A DNA stretch of 64,000 nt from Candidatus Aldehydirespirator sp. (GTDB lineage Bacteria; Actinomycetota; Acidimicrobiia; Acidimicrobiales; Aldehydirespiratoraceae), in the NCBI GenBank assembly GCA_965221605.1, contig CBDCSK010000006.1:757-64756 (forward strand). The letters are read 5' to 3'. The position numbers and the translations under genes are program-made. Each line of letters opens with the position of its first letter. The stretch's first letter is position 1. Shown in pieces: positions 27,314-36,319 of the stretch. Below the pieces are notes generated by a model. The model was given only the letters and a program-made list of their open reading frames with translations, had not been told where the DNA came from and did not search any database.

Positions 27314-28131
27314 CGGTCATCGACGGGATCATCGACTTCCATGTGCACTCGGCACCGAGCCTGGCGCCGCGCCACAGCCACGACGCCGACACCCTGGAGG
27401 AGGCCCGGGCCGCGGGAGTCTCCAGGTTCGTGCTCAAGGCCCATGAGGGGTCCTCGGCCGAGCGGGCCGCGCTGCTCGGCGGCGAGACCGTCGGCGGTGT
27501 GGTGCTCAACTCACCCGTCGGGGGAGCCAACCCCGACGCAGTGGCGGTGGCCGCAGCCCTCGGGGCCCGGGTGGTGTGGCTTCCCACCATCTCGGCACCG
27601 GCTCACATCGCGGCCAGCAGCAACCCCGAGTTGAGCCCTCACAAGGGCATCTCGTTCCGTGAGGTGCGGGTGGTGGACGACGGCGTCCTGCGGTCCGAGT
27701 GGTTCGACGTGATCGACGAGGTCGCCCGCAACGACATGGTGCTGGCCTCGGGCCATCTCACCATGGACGAGGCCGTCGTCGCGCTGGACGCGGCCCGCAG
27801 CCGGGGCGTTCATCGGATGCTGGTCAACCACCCGGGGCTGCCATTTCTGGGCTGGCGCGACGAGCACCTGGATCAGTTCCGGGCCCTGGACGCACACCTC
27901 GAGATCGGGGTGCTGGCCGACATCCTGGCCAGCGAGGCCGGGCCCCGCACCGAGGACCTCGTGGCCGCCTACCCGCGCGAGCTGCTGGTGTTCGGCAGCG
28001 ATCTCGGGCACCAGAACTTCCCGCCCATCTCGCAGGGGATCAGGGACTGGGTGGAGCGGCTCGACCCGATCCTGGGCGACTCTGGCCTCGAGATGGTCGC
28101 CCGCGCCAGCGCCGAGGCGATGCTTGCATGA
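27310..28131 (+). CDS. metal-dependent hydrolase-like TIM-barrel protein (DUF6282-like)
   Basis: N-terminal IIDFHVHS (HxH), ASGHL, VNHP and FGSDLGH are spaced like an amidohydrolase/PHP-type metal site. The ATG overlaps the ligase stop (ATGA at 27310-27313). Confidence 0.55.
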   Translation: MTVIDGIIDFHVHSAPSLAPRHSHDADTLEEARAAGVSRFVLKAHEGSSAERAALLGGETVGGVVLNSPVGGANPDAVAVAAALGARVVWLPTISAPAHIAASSNPELSPHKGISFREVRVVDDGVLRSEWFDVIDEVARNDMVLASGHLTMDEAVVALDAARSRGVHRMLVNHPGLPFLGWRDEHLDQFRALDAHLEIGVLADILASEAGPRTEDLVAAYPRELLVFGSDLGHQNFPPISQGIRDWVERLDPILGDSGLEMVARASAEAMLA

Positions 28132-29234
28132 GCAGCGGGAGTCGGGTCAGGCGCGTCGCGGTACTGCCCGGCGACGGGGTCGGGGCCGAGGTGGTGGCCG
28201 GGCCGACGGAGCTGCTGGAGGCCATCGCGGCCGCGGGCCGCATCGAGCTGACCGGGCCGTGGCCCGTCGGGGCCTCGGCCTTCGGTGAGCTGGGCACCGG
28301 TCTGCCCGAACCCACCCTGGCGGCGTGCGACGACTGCGACGCCATGTTCTTCGGCGCGGCCGGGGAGCATCCGGGCGTGTCGCTGGACGACTACCGGCCC
28401 GAGCACTCCATCATCGGCCTGCGCCAGCGCTACGAACTGCGGGTCAGCATCCGCAACATCGTCCGGGTCGACTCCGGCGCGAGCGGCGACGGCGCGGCGG
28501 CCCGGCCGCTGATCGTGCTGCGCAACCTGCTGGGAGGGGCCTACGGCGCGGCCTCCACCCGCACCGAGAGCGACGGGTCCGAGGCCGCCTGCGACGAGGT
28601 GATCCTCACCCCCGCGCAGATCACGGAGCTGGCCGAGATGGCCTGCGACCTGGTCGAGCAGGGCCTGGCCTCGAGCATCGTGTCGGCCGACAAGGCCAAC
28701 CTGATGGCCACCAGCCGGTTGTGGCGCTCGATCACCACCAGGGTGGCCGAGGCCCGGGGCGTGCCGCTGCGCCACACCTACGTGGACCGCATGGCCTTCG
28801 AGCTGGCCCACGACGATGTGGTGGCCGACACGGTCGTGCTGACCGAGGGCATCTTCGGCGACATGCTCAGCGACCTGGCCGCGGGACGGGCCGGCTCGAT
28901 CGCGCTGTGCGGCTCGGCCAGCGTCAACCCGGGCGAGCCCGTGCGGGGCCGCTGCGTGGGGCTGTTCGAGCCGGTGCACGGCTCCGCGCCCCGCCACTTC
29001 GGCCACAGCCGGGTCAACCCGTCGGGGGCCTACCTGGCGCTGGCCGCGCTGCTGGAGTTGTTCGGCGAGACCGCAGAGCTCGGTGCCGTGGTGACCGGGG
29101 CGCTCTCGGAGGCGCTCCAGGCGGGACCGCTCACCTACGATCTGGCGCCCGCGGGCTCCGATCCCGCCTCCACCGAGTCGTTCGCGGCCGCGGTCAACGC
29201 CCGAGCCCTCCCCCGCCTGAAGGAGCTGCTGTGA
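28128..29234 (+). CDS. isocitrate/isopropylmalate/tartrate dehydrogenase family protein
   Basis: RVAVLPGDGVGAEVV N-terminus, SADKANLM, LTEGIFGDMLSDLAAGRAGS and FEPVHGSAPRH. The ATG overlaps the upstream stop (ATGA at 28128-28131). Confidence 0.8.
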   Translation: MSSGSRVRRVAVLPGDGVGAEVVAGPTELLEAIAAAGRIELTGPWPVGASAFGELGTGLPEPTLAACDDCDAMFFGAAGEHPGVSLDDYRPEHSIIGLRQRYELRVSIRNIVRVDSGASGDGAAARPLIVLRNLLGGAYGAASTRTESDGSEAACDEVILTPAQITELAEMACDLVEQGLASSIVSADKANLMATSRLWRSITTRVAEARGVPLRHTYVDRMAFELAHDDVVADTVVLTEGIFGDMLSDLAAGRAGSIALCGSASVNPGEPVRGRCVGLFEPVHGSAPRHFGHSRVNPSGAYLALAALLELFGETAELGAVVTGALSEALQAGPLTYDLAPAGSDPASTESFAAAVNARALPRLKELL

Positions 29235-29277
29235 GCGCCTTTCCCCATTTCGCCGGGCCCCTCTACAAGGACCAGAC

Positions 29278-30207
29278 ATGAGCGCCGTGCCCCACTACAC
29301 CGAGGAGCGGATCGCAGAGCTGTGCGACCTGGCCACCGTCACCGACTGGCTGGAGCAGGCCTGGCGCGACCTTGGCGCGGGCGAGGCGGCCACCACCCTG
29401 AGGGTGCGGGCCTCAGCCTCGGGGCTGATGGGCAGCGCCATGGCCGCGTCATGGCCCCGCCACCAGGTGGTGGGCGGCAAGCTCTACCTCACCCACCCCG
29501 ACGGGTTCGCCTTCCTGGTGGGGCTGTTCAGCCCCGATGTCGGGCTGGTGGCCACCTTCGACGGGCTGGGCCTCACCGCCATCCGCACCGCGTCGGCCAC
29601 CGCCCTGGCCGTGAGGCACATGGCGCCGCCCGGGGCCAGCACCGCAGCCGTGTTCGGGACCGGCATCCAGAGCAGGCCCCACCTCGAGGCCTTGGCCCAG
29701 GAACTGCCCCTGCAGGACCTGCGAGTGTGGGGCCGCAGCCCCGACAAGGCCGAGACGGTGGCCCGATGGGGCCGGGACCGGGGCATCCCGGCCCGAGCGG
29801 TCGCCGACGCCGACGAAGCTGTGAGCGACGCCGCGGTGGTGGCCACCGTGACCTCCAGCTACACCCCGGTCTTCGACGGCACCCGGCTGCACGACGCCGC
29901 GCTGGTGTGCGCGGTGGGGTCTACCAAGGCCGATCGCCGCGAGGTGGACGGCGCCACCGTCGAGCGGGCCTCCTTCGTGGTGAGCGACAGCGCCGAGGGG
30001 GCCCGCACCGAGGCCGGAGACCTGATACACGCCGCGGCCGACGGGATCTTCGACTGGGACAGCCTGGCCGACCTGGCCGACGTGATCGCGGGAACGGTCA
30101 CACCGCCCCAGCCCGGCAGCGGCATCGTGCTGTTCGAGTCGCAGGGGGTGGCATTGCAGGACGTGGTGATCGCCACGCTCGCCCACCAGCGCGCCGAGGG
30201 CCGGTAG
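29278..30207 (+). CDS. ornithine cyclodeaminase / mu-crystallin family protein
   Basis: AAVFGTGIQSRPHLEAL (Rossmann GxGxQ), VTSSYTPVF, VGSTKADRREVD and ESQGVALQDVV. Confidence 0.8.
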   Translation: MSAVPHYTEERIAELCDLATVTDWLEQAWRDLGAGEAATTLRVRASASGLMGSAMAASWPRHQVVGGKLYLTHPDGFAFLVGLFSPDVGLVATFDGLGLTAIRTASATALAVRHMAPPGASTAAVFGTGIQSRPHLEALAQELPLQDLRVWGRSPDKAETVARWGRDRGIPARAVADADEAVSDAAVVATVTSSYTPVFDGTRLHDAALVCAVGSTKADRREVDGATVERASFVVSDSAEGARTEAGDLIHAAADGIFDWDSLADLADVIAGTVTPPQPGSGIVLFESQGVALQDVVIATLAHQRAEGR

Positions 30208-30219
30208 ATACGCAGGGGC

Positions 30220-30918
30220 TCAGTACGGCAGGCCGACGGCCTGGGTCAGGAACTCCATGTAGGGCGAGGCGGTGCGGCAGGCGTCGGCGAAGTAGTCGAT
30301 GAATCCCGGCTGGGTGACCTCCTCCTCGTCGAAGAAGCATGTGGCCACGTGGTCCTTGCGCTTGAGGTCCTCGATGCGGGGGTGCTCGGGATCGAACCCC
30401 TTGGGCGGGCGCTTCAGCGAGTCACCCTCCAAGTCGAACTCCTCGGCGAACCCGGGATCGGTGACCGCCGCCTCCCATCCCGCCTGATCGGCGACGATGC
30501 GCTCGCGGATCCGTCCCAGCGCGGCTGTGTCGGGCCGCCACAGACCGACCCCGGCGAACACCTCGTCGGGAGCCAGATGCAGATAGAAGCCCGGCGCGTG
30601 GACCGACTTGCCGGCCTCGTGGCGGAACTGGACCGCAGCCTGGGTCTTGTAGGGCGTCTTGTCCTTGGAGAAGCGCACGTCGCGGTAGATCCGGAACATG
30701 GAGCCGCCGTTGGCGCGGGCGCCGGCCACGAAGTGCTCGCTGATCGAGTGCAGGTAGGGCTCGAAGTCCTCGATGAACGCCAGCAGCGGCTCCTTCAGGT
30801 GCCGCTCGTAGCGGCCCTTGTTCGCGCCGAACCACTCACGGTTGTTGTTGGCCCGCAGGTCGAGGAGGAACTCGAACAATTCAGGACTGAAATGGGACTC
30901 CACCACCGCGTTCCTCAC
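30220..30918 (-). CDS. DUF2461 (TIGR02453) family protein
   Basis: FSPELFEFLLDLRANNNREWFGANKGRYERHLKEP...IYRDVRFSKDKTPYK is the signature as I remember it. The GTG start overlaps the upstream stop (TAGTG at 30918-30920). Confidence 0.7.
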   Translation of the reverse strand: MRNAVVESHFSPELFEFLLDLRANNNREWFGANKGRYERHLKEPLLAFIEDFEPYLHSISEHFVAGARANGGSMFRIYRDVRFSKDKTPYKTQAAVQFRHEAGKSVHAPGFYLHLAPDEVFAGVGLWRPDTAALGRIRERIVADQAGWEAAVTDPGFAEEFDLEGDSLKRPPKGFDPEHPRIEDLKRKDHVATCFFDEEEVTQPGFIDYFADACRTASPYMEFLTQAVGLPY

Positions 30919-31370
30919 TAACGGGGGCCGAAGGACTGCTGGGGGACGCCTCTCATCAGCGAGAAGTGGCCCTGGACGCCCCGCCACGGCCCGTCGAGCG
31001 AGTCCCGGGCCAGCACGAACGAGCAGCGGCCCGGGCGGTCGAAGGGCGTGCCGTCCTGCGTGTAGCCGGTCGAGGTCCAGGTGACCATCACCGCGGCCAT
31101 CAGCCGGTCCGGCGAGACGCGGGACCGCATCTTGTCGGTCAACAGCACGAAGTCGGTCATGGTGGGCCACACGTTGCGCCACTGGGCGTTGACGAAGTGC
31201 TCCACCCCCACCACCACGTCGGTCCAGGTGCTGAAGCTGTTGACCTCGGCGTCCATCATGGCCGCGGCGTCGTCATAGCGGAGATTGGCGACATGGCCCG
31301 AGAACCGGTCCACCCACTCCTTGAGGGACTGCTGATCGGCGTTCGGGCCAGCGGCGGCTGTGGTGCTCAT
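30918..31370 (-). CDS. NTF2-like (SnoaL/DUF4440-like) protein
   Basis: 150-aa ORF with coding-like composition (SLKEWVDRFSGHVANLRYDDAAAMMD...RCSFVLARDSLDGPWRGVQGHFS). The fold assignment is tentative. Confidence 0.5.
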   Translation of the reverse strand: MSTTAAAGPNADQQSLKEWVDRFSGHVANLRYDDAAAMMDAEVNSFSTWTDVVVGVEHFVNAQWRNVWPTMTDFVLLTDKMRSRVSPDRLMAAVMVTWTSTGYTQDGTPFDRPGRCSFVLARDSLDGPWRGVQGHFSLMRGVPQQSFGPR

Positions 31371-31399
31371 GGTGGACTCCTGCCCTTCTCGTCGCGCCC

Positions 31400-32105
31400 T
31401 CAGGCGATCGGCCCGAGGACCCTATCGGTGTAGCTGTTGGAGAAAGTCCCGGCCGGGTCGAGCTCGGACCGGACCCGCTGGAAGACGTCCCACTCGGGAT
31501 ACAGCGGGGCCAGCGACCGGTGGTCGTGGAAGTGGAGCTTGCCCCAGTGGGGCCGGCCGCCGTAGTCGGCCGCGATGGCCTCCACCCCCTGGAAGTAGGC
31601 CAGGTAAGGCGTGCCCTTGTACATGTGGCAGGCGAACCAGCCCGAGTCCCGGCCGTAGCCGGTGGACAGCGGGATGTCGTCGGCGGCCGACACCCTGACC
31701 TCCACCGGGAAGGTCACCGGGGTGGACAGGCCCCGCACGAGGGCGCCGATGCGGCGGACGGCCTCGGGCAGCGCCTCGCGGGGACGGCGTACTCCATCTC
31801 GTAGAAGCGCACGAAACGCCTCGACACGAACACCCGATGGCTGGCATCGACGTAGTCCCGCAGGACCACGGCCCTCCGGGTGAGCCTGGCCACCGCCGGC
31901 AGGCTCGACGGGAAGCGCCGGACGGCTCCACCGCGTCCAGGCGGTCCAGCGACAGCAGGATCCCGGTGGTGCAGGCCGCGTCGGTGAAGGAGTGGCCCGC
32001 CCCGACCGCCTTGACCGTCAGCCCACTGTCGGCGGCCCGCCTCACGATGGCGGCCACCTCCTCGACCGAGCCGGGCCTCAGGATCTCGCGGGGAACACAC
32101 GTCTG
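31400..32105 (-). pseudogene. L-gulono-/D-arabinono-1,4-lactone oxidase remnant: 5' truncation, ~200-codon internal deletion and one frameshift
   Basis: QTCVPREILRPGSVEEVAAIVRRAADSGLTVKAVGAGHSFTDAACTTGILLSLDRLDAVE (FAD-binding N-terminus, minus the usual WxNW lead-in) is joined directly to RRFPSSLPAVARL...RFVRFYEMEYAVP. After a shift in a 4-C run (31780-31783) it continues REALPEAVRRIGALVRGLSTPVTFPVEVRVSAADD...YGGRPHWGKLH...DRVLGPIA. The pieces lie in three track ORFs (31422.., 31714.., 31400..). Confidence 0.8.
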
Positions 32106-32807
32106 GTCGGTGTCGAGCAGGCAGTAGGAGCCGGCCTGGAGCTCGGTCACCCACCGGTTCACCGCGAAGGTGCCGGTGCCGCCGCCCGACACCACGTCAC
32201 CCCCGACGGCGGAGTGGGCTTCGACGAGCAGCTCCATCGAAGCCTGCACTCCGGCCGCCTTGGCGTCGGCGTCGACCATCATCAGGTGGCCCTCATAGCC
32301 CATCACGCCGCGGACCTCCAGCCCCGCGGCCCGGGCCGTATCGGCAAGGCGTCCGGCGTCGCCGGGGTCGCAGCCGCAGCGCATCAGCCCGACGTTCACG
32401 TCGATCAGCACCTCGGGCACGCCCCCGGCGGCCGCGGCCGCGTCGGTGGCGTCGGAGTCGACGGCCGCCGTGACCCGGTGGCCGCCATCGACCAGGCGAC
32501 CGAGCCGCGACGCGTCCAGGACCTCGTTGGCCAGCAGCAGGTCGTGCCCGAGTCCGGCCGCGGCCAGACCCTCCAACTCCCGGATGGTGACCGCGCAGAA
32601 GCCCTGGTGGCCGCCGGCGGCGAGGATGCGGGCGATGGCAGTGGACTTGAACGCCTTCACATGGGGCCTCAGCGACGATCCCGGCCAGGCCGCGGCCATG
32701 GCCGCGACGTTGGCGTCGAACAGGCTGCGCTCCACGACCAGGCACGGCGTGGGGAGTTGATCGACAGTCTGCGGATCCGCGGTCATGGACCGTATCCGTT
32801 CAGGCAT
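32106..32807 (-). pseudogene. PLP-dependent D-serine dehydratase / D-threonine aldolase-like (alanine racemase N-domain) gene, C-terminally truncated and fused in frame to the oxidase remnant
   Basis: LPTPCLVVERSLFDANVAAMAA...HVKAFKS (PLP lysine context)...SGGGTGTF...TELQAGSYCLLDTD, after which the family's C-terminal ~130-150 aa domain is missing. Start is ATG 32807 or 32786. Confidence 0.65.
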
Positions 32808-32819
32808 GGATCGGAATGC

Positions 32820-32827
32820 TGTATACA
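32820..32827 (+). promoter_or_regulatory. TGTATACA box inside the perfect palindrome CTGTATACAG, candidate leaderless promoter of the LLM gene
   Basis: TATACA ends 6 nt before ATG 32834. The palindrome also faces the divergent minus-strand gene. Confidence 0.5.
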
Positions 32828-32833
32828 GGAATC

Positions 32834-33814
32834 ATGACTCTTACCCGGTTCGGCTTCAACATTCCCAGTTTCACGTACCTGGGCATCGACGATGCCGACC
32901 TGTTCAATGCAGTCTGCGCCGCCGCGGCCACCGCTGAGAACAGCGGATTCGACTCGCTGTGGGTGATGGACCACTTCCACCAGATCCCGGCGATGGGCTC
33001 GGACCACGAACCGATGCTCGAGCCCTACACCCTGCTGGCCGCCCTGGCCCCTTGGACCCGGACCGCACGGTTGGGCGCGCTGGTCACCGGTGTTACCTAC
33101 CGCAACCCCGCCCTGCTGGCCAAGACCGTGACCACCCTCGATGTCGTGTCGGGAGGCAGAGCCGTGCTCGGCATCGGCGCGGCCTGGTTCGAGGCCGAGC
33201 ACATCGCCTACGGATTCGAGTTCCCGCCGGTGGGCGAGCGCATGAACCGGCTGGAGGACGCGGTGCGGATCTGCCGGGCCATGTTCGACGGCGGCCCGGC
33301 CACCGTCTCGGGCCCGCACCACCGGGTGGCCGGAGCCCTGAACCGTCCCCGGCCCATCTCCGAGGGTGGACCGCCCATCCTGGTGGGCGGGGGCGGCGAG
33401 CGGCGAACCCTGCAGATCGCGGCCCGCCACGCCGACGCCTGCAACATCTTCGGCGACCCGGCCGGGGTGCGCCACAAGCTCGACGTGCTCGAGGCCCACT
33501 GCGAGAAGGCCGACCGCGATCCGGCCGAGATCTCCAAGACCCGCCTCGGCGCGATGGTCATGGCCGACACCGCCGCCGACGCCGCCCGCCTCGGCGCGGA
33601 ACTGCGCCAGACACGCGGCATGAGCATGGAGAAGTACCGGGGGTACGTGATCGAGGGCGACCGCGACAGCGTGTGCGAGCAGGTGGCCGCGCTGTTCGAC
33701 GCAGGACTCGACGGTCTGATCTTCAACGTGCACGACGCCACCGACCTCGGCGCCATCGCCGAGATCGGCGCGGTGCTGCAGGAGAACTTCGGCGACCGCG
33801 ACGCCTCGGAATGA
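32834..33814 (+). CDS. LLM class (luciferase-like) F420-dependent oxidoreductase
   Basis: FGFNIPSF...AENSGFDSLWVMDHFHQIP...LGALVTGVTYRNPALLAKTVTTLDVVSGGRAVLGIGAAW. ATG 32834 lies 6 nt downstream of TATACA (leaderless geometry). The track start at 32816 is rejected. Confidence 0.85.
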   Translation: MTLTRFGFNIPSFTYLGIDDADLFNAVCAAAATAENSGFDSLWVMDHFHQIPAMGSDHEPMLEPYTLLAALAPWTRTARLGALVTGVTYRNPALLAKTVTTLDVVSGGRAVLGIGAAWFEAEHIAYGFEFPPVGERMNRLEDAVRICRAMFDGGPATVSGPHHRVAGALNRPRPISEGGPPILVGGGGERRTLQIAARHADACNIFGDPAGVRHKLDVLEAHCEKADRDPAEISKTRLGAMVMADTAADAARLGAELRQTRGMSMEKYRGYVIEGDRDSVCEQVAALFDAGLDGLIFNVHDATDLGAIAEIGAVLQENFGDRDASE

Positions 33815-33863
33815 GGGTCGCCCGCTACCGCGTCGCCGGCCGCCAGGGAACAAGATCACCCCG

Positions 33864-35069
33864 GTGACCCTGACAGGCAGCGGCGGGCTGGCCGGCGAGC
33901 CGACCCGGCCGGTCACCTCACTCGTGTCGTCGGTGTCGTCGCAGACCGCGGCCATGTTCCCGGCGTTCGGGGCGGGCGCGCTGGCGTTGCAGATGGGCGA
34001 CGACCTGGGCTTCACCGAGGCCGGTCTGGGCTCGGCGGTGGCCTTCTTCTTCCTGCTGGCCGCGGTGACCTCGCCCCACGCCGGGACGCTCACCGACCGG
34101 CTCGGCCCGCAGCGGTCTCTGCGGGTGGCCAACACCCTCAGCGCCACCGCGCTACTGGGGATCGCCCTCGTAGTGCAGTCCTACTGGCTGCTGCTGGCCG
34201 CGCTGGGTGTCGGGGCGATCGGGCTGACCATCGCCGGGCCGGGGACCAAGACAATGGTGGCCAGGGGCACCGACGCCCGCCGGCACGGCCTGTTCTTCGG
34301 CATCCAGGCCGCGGCGGTGCCCCTGTCGGTGCTGCTGGCCGGTCTGGCCGTGCCCGCCATCGGGCGAACGCTGGGATGGCGCTGGGCGTTCGGGTTCGCG
34401 GTGGTGGTGCCGCTGACCGGTCTGCTGCTGGCTCCCGGCTACCGGGCCCGGCCCGGCCACACGGTCAGGACGCAGGGCGCGGGCCGCGGCCTGAGCAAGA
34501 TCGACTACGGGCCGCTGAACCTGATCGGGCTGGCAGCCGCGCTGGGGTCGGCCGCGGCCACGACCATGGCCGCCTTCTTCGTGTCTGCCGCCACCGACGC
34601 CGGTCTGGCCGAGGGCCTCGCCGGAGGTCTCCTGGCGGTGGCCGGCGGCCTGCCGATAGCCACCCGGATCGCGGCGGGATACCTGGCCGACCGCTTCGAG
34701 TCCGGGCACCTGCGGATCGTGTCGCTGCTGCTGGGCACCAGCACGCTGGGCTACCTGGCCGCGGCCACCGGCTCGGTGGTCCTGGTCCCCGCCGGAGCTA
34801 TGTTCGCCCTCGGTGTGGGGTGGGCCTGGAGCGGCCTGATGGTCCACTCCGTGGTGAGGGCCTACCGGGAATCCCCCGGCGCGGCCACCGGCATGACCTC
34901 GGGCGGGCTCAACGTCGGCGGGGTCGTCGGACCGTTCGCTTTCGGCCTGCTGGCCGAGCGGGTCTCATACACCGCCGGATTCCTGACGATCGCGGCCTGC
35001 GCCCTGCTCGCCGCCCTGGCCGCCGACGCCGGCCGGCGCCGCCTCATCCGGGCCGGCGCCAACCCGTGA
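33864..35069 (+). CDS. MFS transporter (paralog 1)
   Basis: 401 aa and hydrophobic throughout, about 12 TM segments. LTDRLGPQRSL loop and GWRWAFG. Confidence 0.8.
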   Translation: MTLTGSGGLAGEPTRPVTSLVSSVSSQTAAMFPAFGAGALALQMGDDLGFTEAGLGSAVAFFFLLAAVTSPHAGTLTDRLGPQRSLRVANTLSATALLGIALVVQSYWLLLAALGVGAIGLTIAGPGTKTMVARGTDARRHGLFFGIQAAAVPLSVLLAGLAVPAIGRTLGWRWAFGFAVVVPLTGLLLAPGYRARPGHTVRTQGAGRGLSKIDYGPLNLIGLAAALGSAAATTMAAFFVSAATDAGLAEGLAGGLLAVAGGLPIATRIAAGYLADRFESGHLRIVSLLLGTSTLGYLAAATGSVVLVPAGAMFALGVGWAWSGLMVHSVVRAYRESPGAATGMTSGGLNVGGVVGPFAFGLLAERVSYTAGFLTIAACALLAALAADAGRRRLIRAGANP

Positions 35070-36256
35070 CTCAGCCCGGCAGCGGCGGCTCACGACCGAC
35101 CCTCTCACTCGTCTCGTCGGCCTCGTCGCAGACGGCTGCTCTCTTTCCGGCGTTCGCGGTGGGCTCGCTGGCGCCGCTGATGGGCGACGATCTGAGTTTC
35201 GGGGCGGCCGGCCTCGGCTCAGCGGTGGCCTTCTTCTTCCTGCTGGCCGCGGCGACGTCGCCGCACGCCGGGACCCTGGCCGACCGTCTCGGGCCGCAAC
35301 GGTCGTTGCGGACCGCGAACATCCTCTGCGGCGCGGCACTGCTGTCGGTGGCCACGGTGGCGCGCTCGTACTGGGTGCTGCTGGCTGCGCTGGCGATCGG
35401 CGCGATCGGGCTGGCCATCGCCGGCCCCGGGAGTTCGACCATGGTGGCCCAGGGTGTTCCAGCCCGCCGTCACGGCGCCGGCTTCGGGGTGCTGGCGGCC
35501 GCGGCGCCGTTGTCGGTGGTGCTGGCAGGCTTGGCCGTTCCGACGATCGGGCTCACGCTCGGGTGGCGTTGGGCCTTCGGGATCGCCATCGCCATACCGC
35601 TCGCCGGATTCGTGCTGGCCCCGGCACACCGGACCCGGTCCGGTCCCAGTGTCAAGACGGCGGGCGCGGCCCGGGGCCTGAGCGAGATCGACTACGGGCC
35701 GTTGAACCTCATCGGGCTGGCTGCCGGGCTCGGCTCGGCTGCGACGACGTCCATGGCCGCGTTCTTCGTGTCTGCCGCGATCGACGCCGGCCTGGCCGAG
35801 GGTCTGGCCGGCAACCTGCTCGCGATAGCGAGCAGCGCGCCGGTCGCCACGAGGATCGCGGCGGGGTACCTGGCGGACCGCTTCGAGTCCGGCCATCTGC
35901 GGGTCGTCTCGTTGCTGCTCGGCGCCAGCACCGCCGGATACGTGGCCGCGGCCACCGGCTCGACGGTGCTGGTACCTCTCGGCGCGATCTTCGCCCTCGG
36001 GGTCGGATGGGGCTGGAGCGGCCTGATGCTGCACTCCGTGATCCGGGCCTACCGCGACTCCCCCGGCGCGGCCTCCGGCATGACCTTCGGCGGCCTCAAC
36101 GTCGGCGGGGTGGTCGGCCCATTCGCTTTCGGTCTACTGGTGGAGCAGGTCTCCTTCGCGGCCGGGTTCCTGGCCATGGCGGGCTGCGCCCTGCTGGCCG
36201 CCATCACCATCGACGCCAGCCGCAGACGCCTCATCCGCGCCGGCGCCACCCCCTGA
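35066..36256 (+). CDS. MFS transporter (paralog 2, tandem duplicate of 33864-35069)
   Basis: The GTG overlaps the upstream stop (GTGA at 35066-35069). It aligns with paralog 1 over its full length at roughly three quarters identity by eye (e.g. RIAAGYLADRFESGHLR, GLNVGGVVGPFAFGLL). Confidence 0.8.
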   Translation: MTQPGSGGSRPTLSLVSSASSQTAALFPAFAVGSLAPLMGDDLSFGAAGLGSAVAFFFLLAAATSPHAGTLADRLGPQRSLRTANILCGAALLSVATVARSYWVLLAALAIGAIGLAIAGPGSSTMVAQGVPARRHGAGFGVLAAAAPLSVVLAGLAVPTIGLTLGWRWAFGIAIAIPLAGFVLAPAHRTRSGPSVKTAGAARGLSEIDYGPLNLIGLAAGLGSAATTSMAAFFVSAAIDAGLAEGLAGNLLAIASSAPVATRIAAGYLADRFESGHLRVVSLLLGASTAGYVAAATGSTVLVPLGAIFALGVGWGWSGLMLHSVIRAYRDSPGAASGMTFGGLNVGGVVGPFAFGLLVEQVSFAAGFLAMAGCALLAAITIDASRRRLIRAGATP

Positions 36257-36274
36257 CCTGAGCCGCCCCGGCGG

Positions 36275-36319
36275 TTCGGCTACCAAGAATTCCGCTACCA
36301 GGGATTCCGCTACCAGGGA
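36275..36319. repeat. three tandem 15-bp repeats TTC(G/C)GCTACCA(A/G)G(A/G)A
   Basis: ttcggctaccaagaa / ttccgctaccaggga / ttccgctaccaggga at 36275, 36290 and 36305. The last unit overlaps the stop and final codons of the minus-strand SRPBCC gene. Confidence 0.85.
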
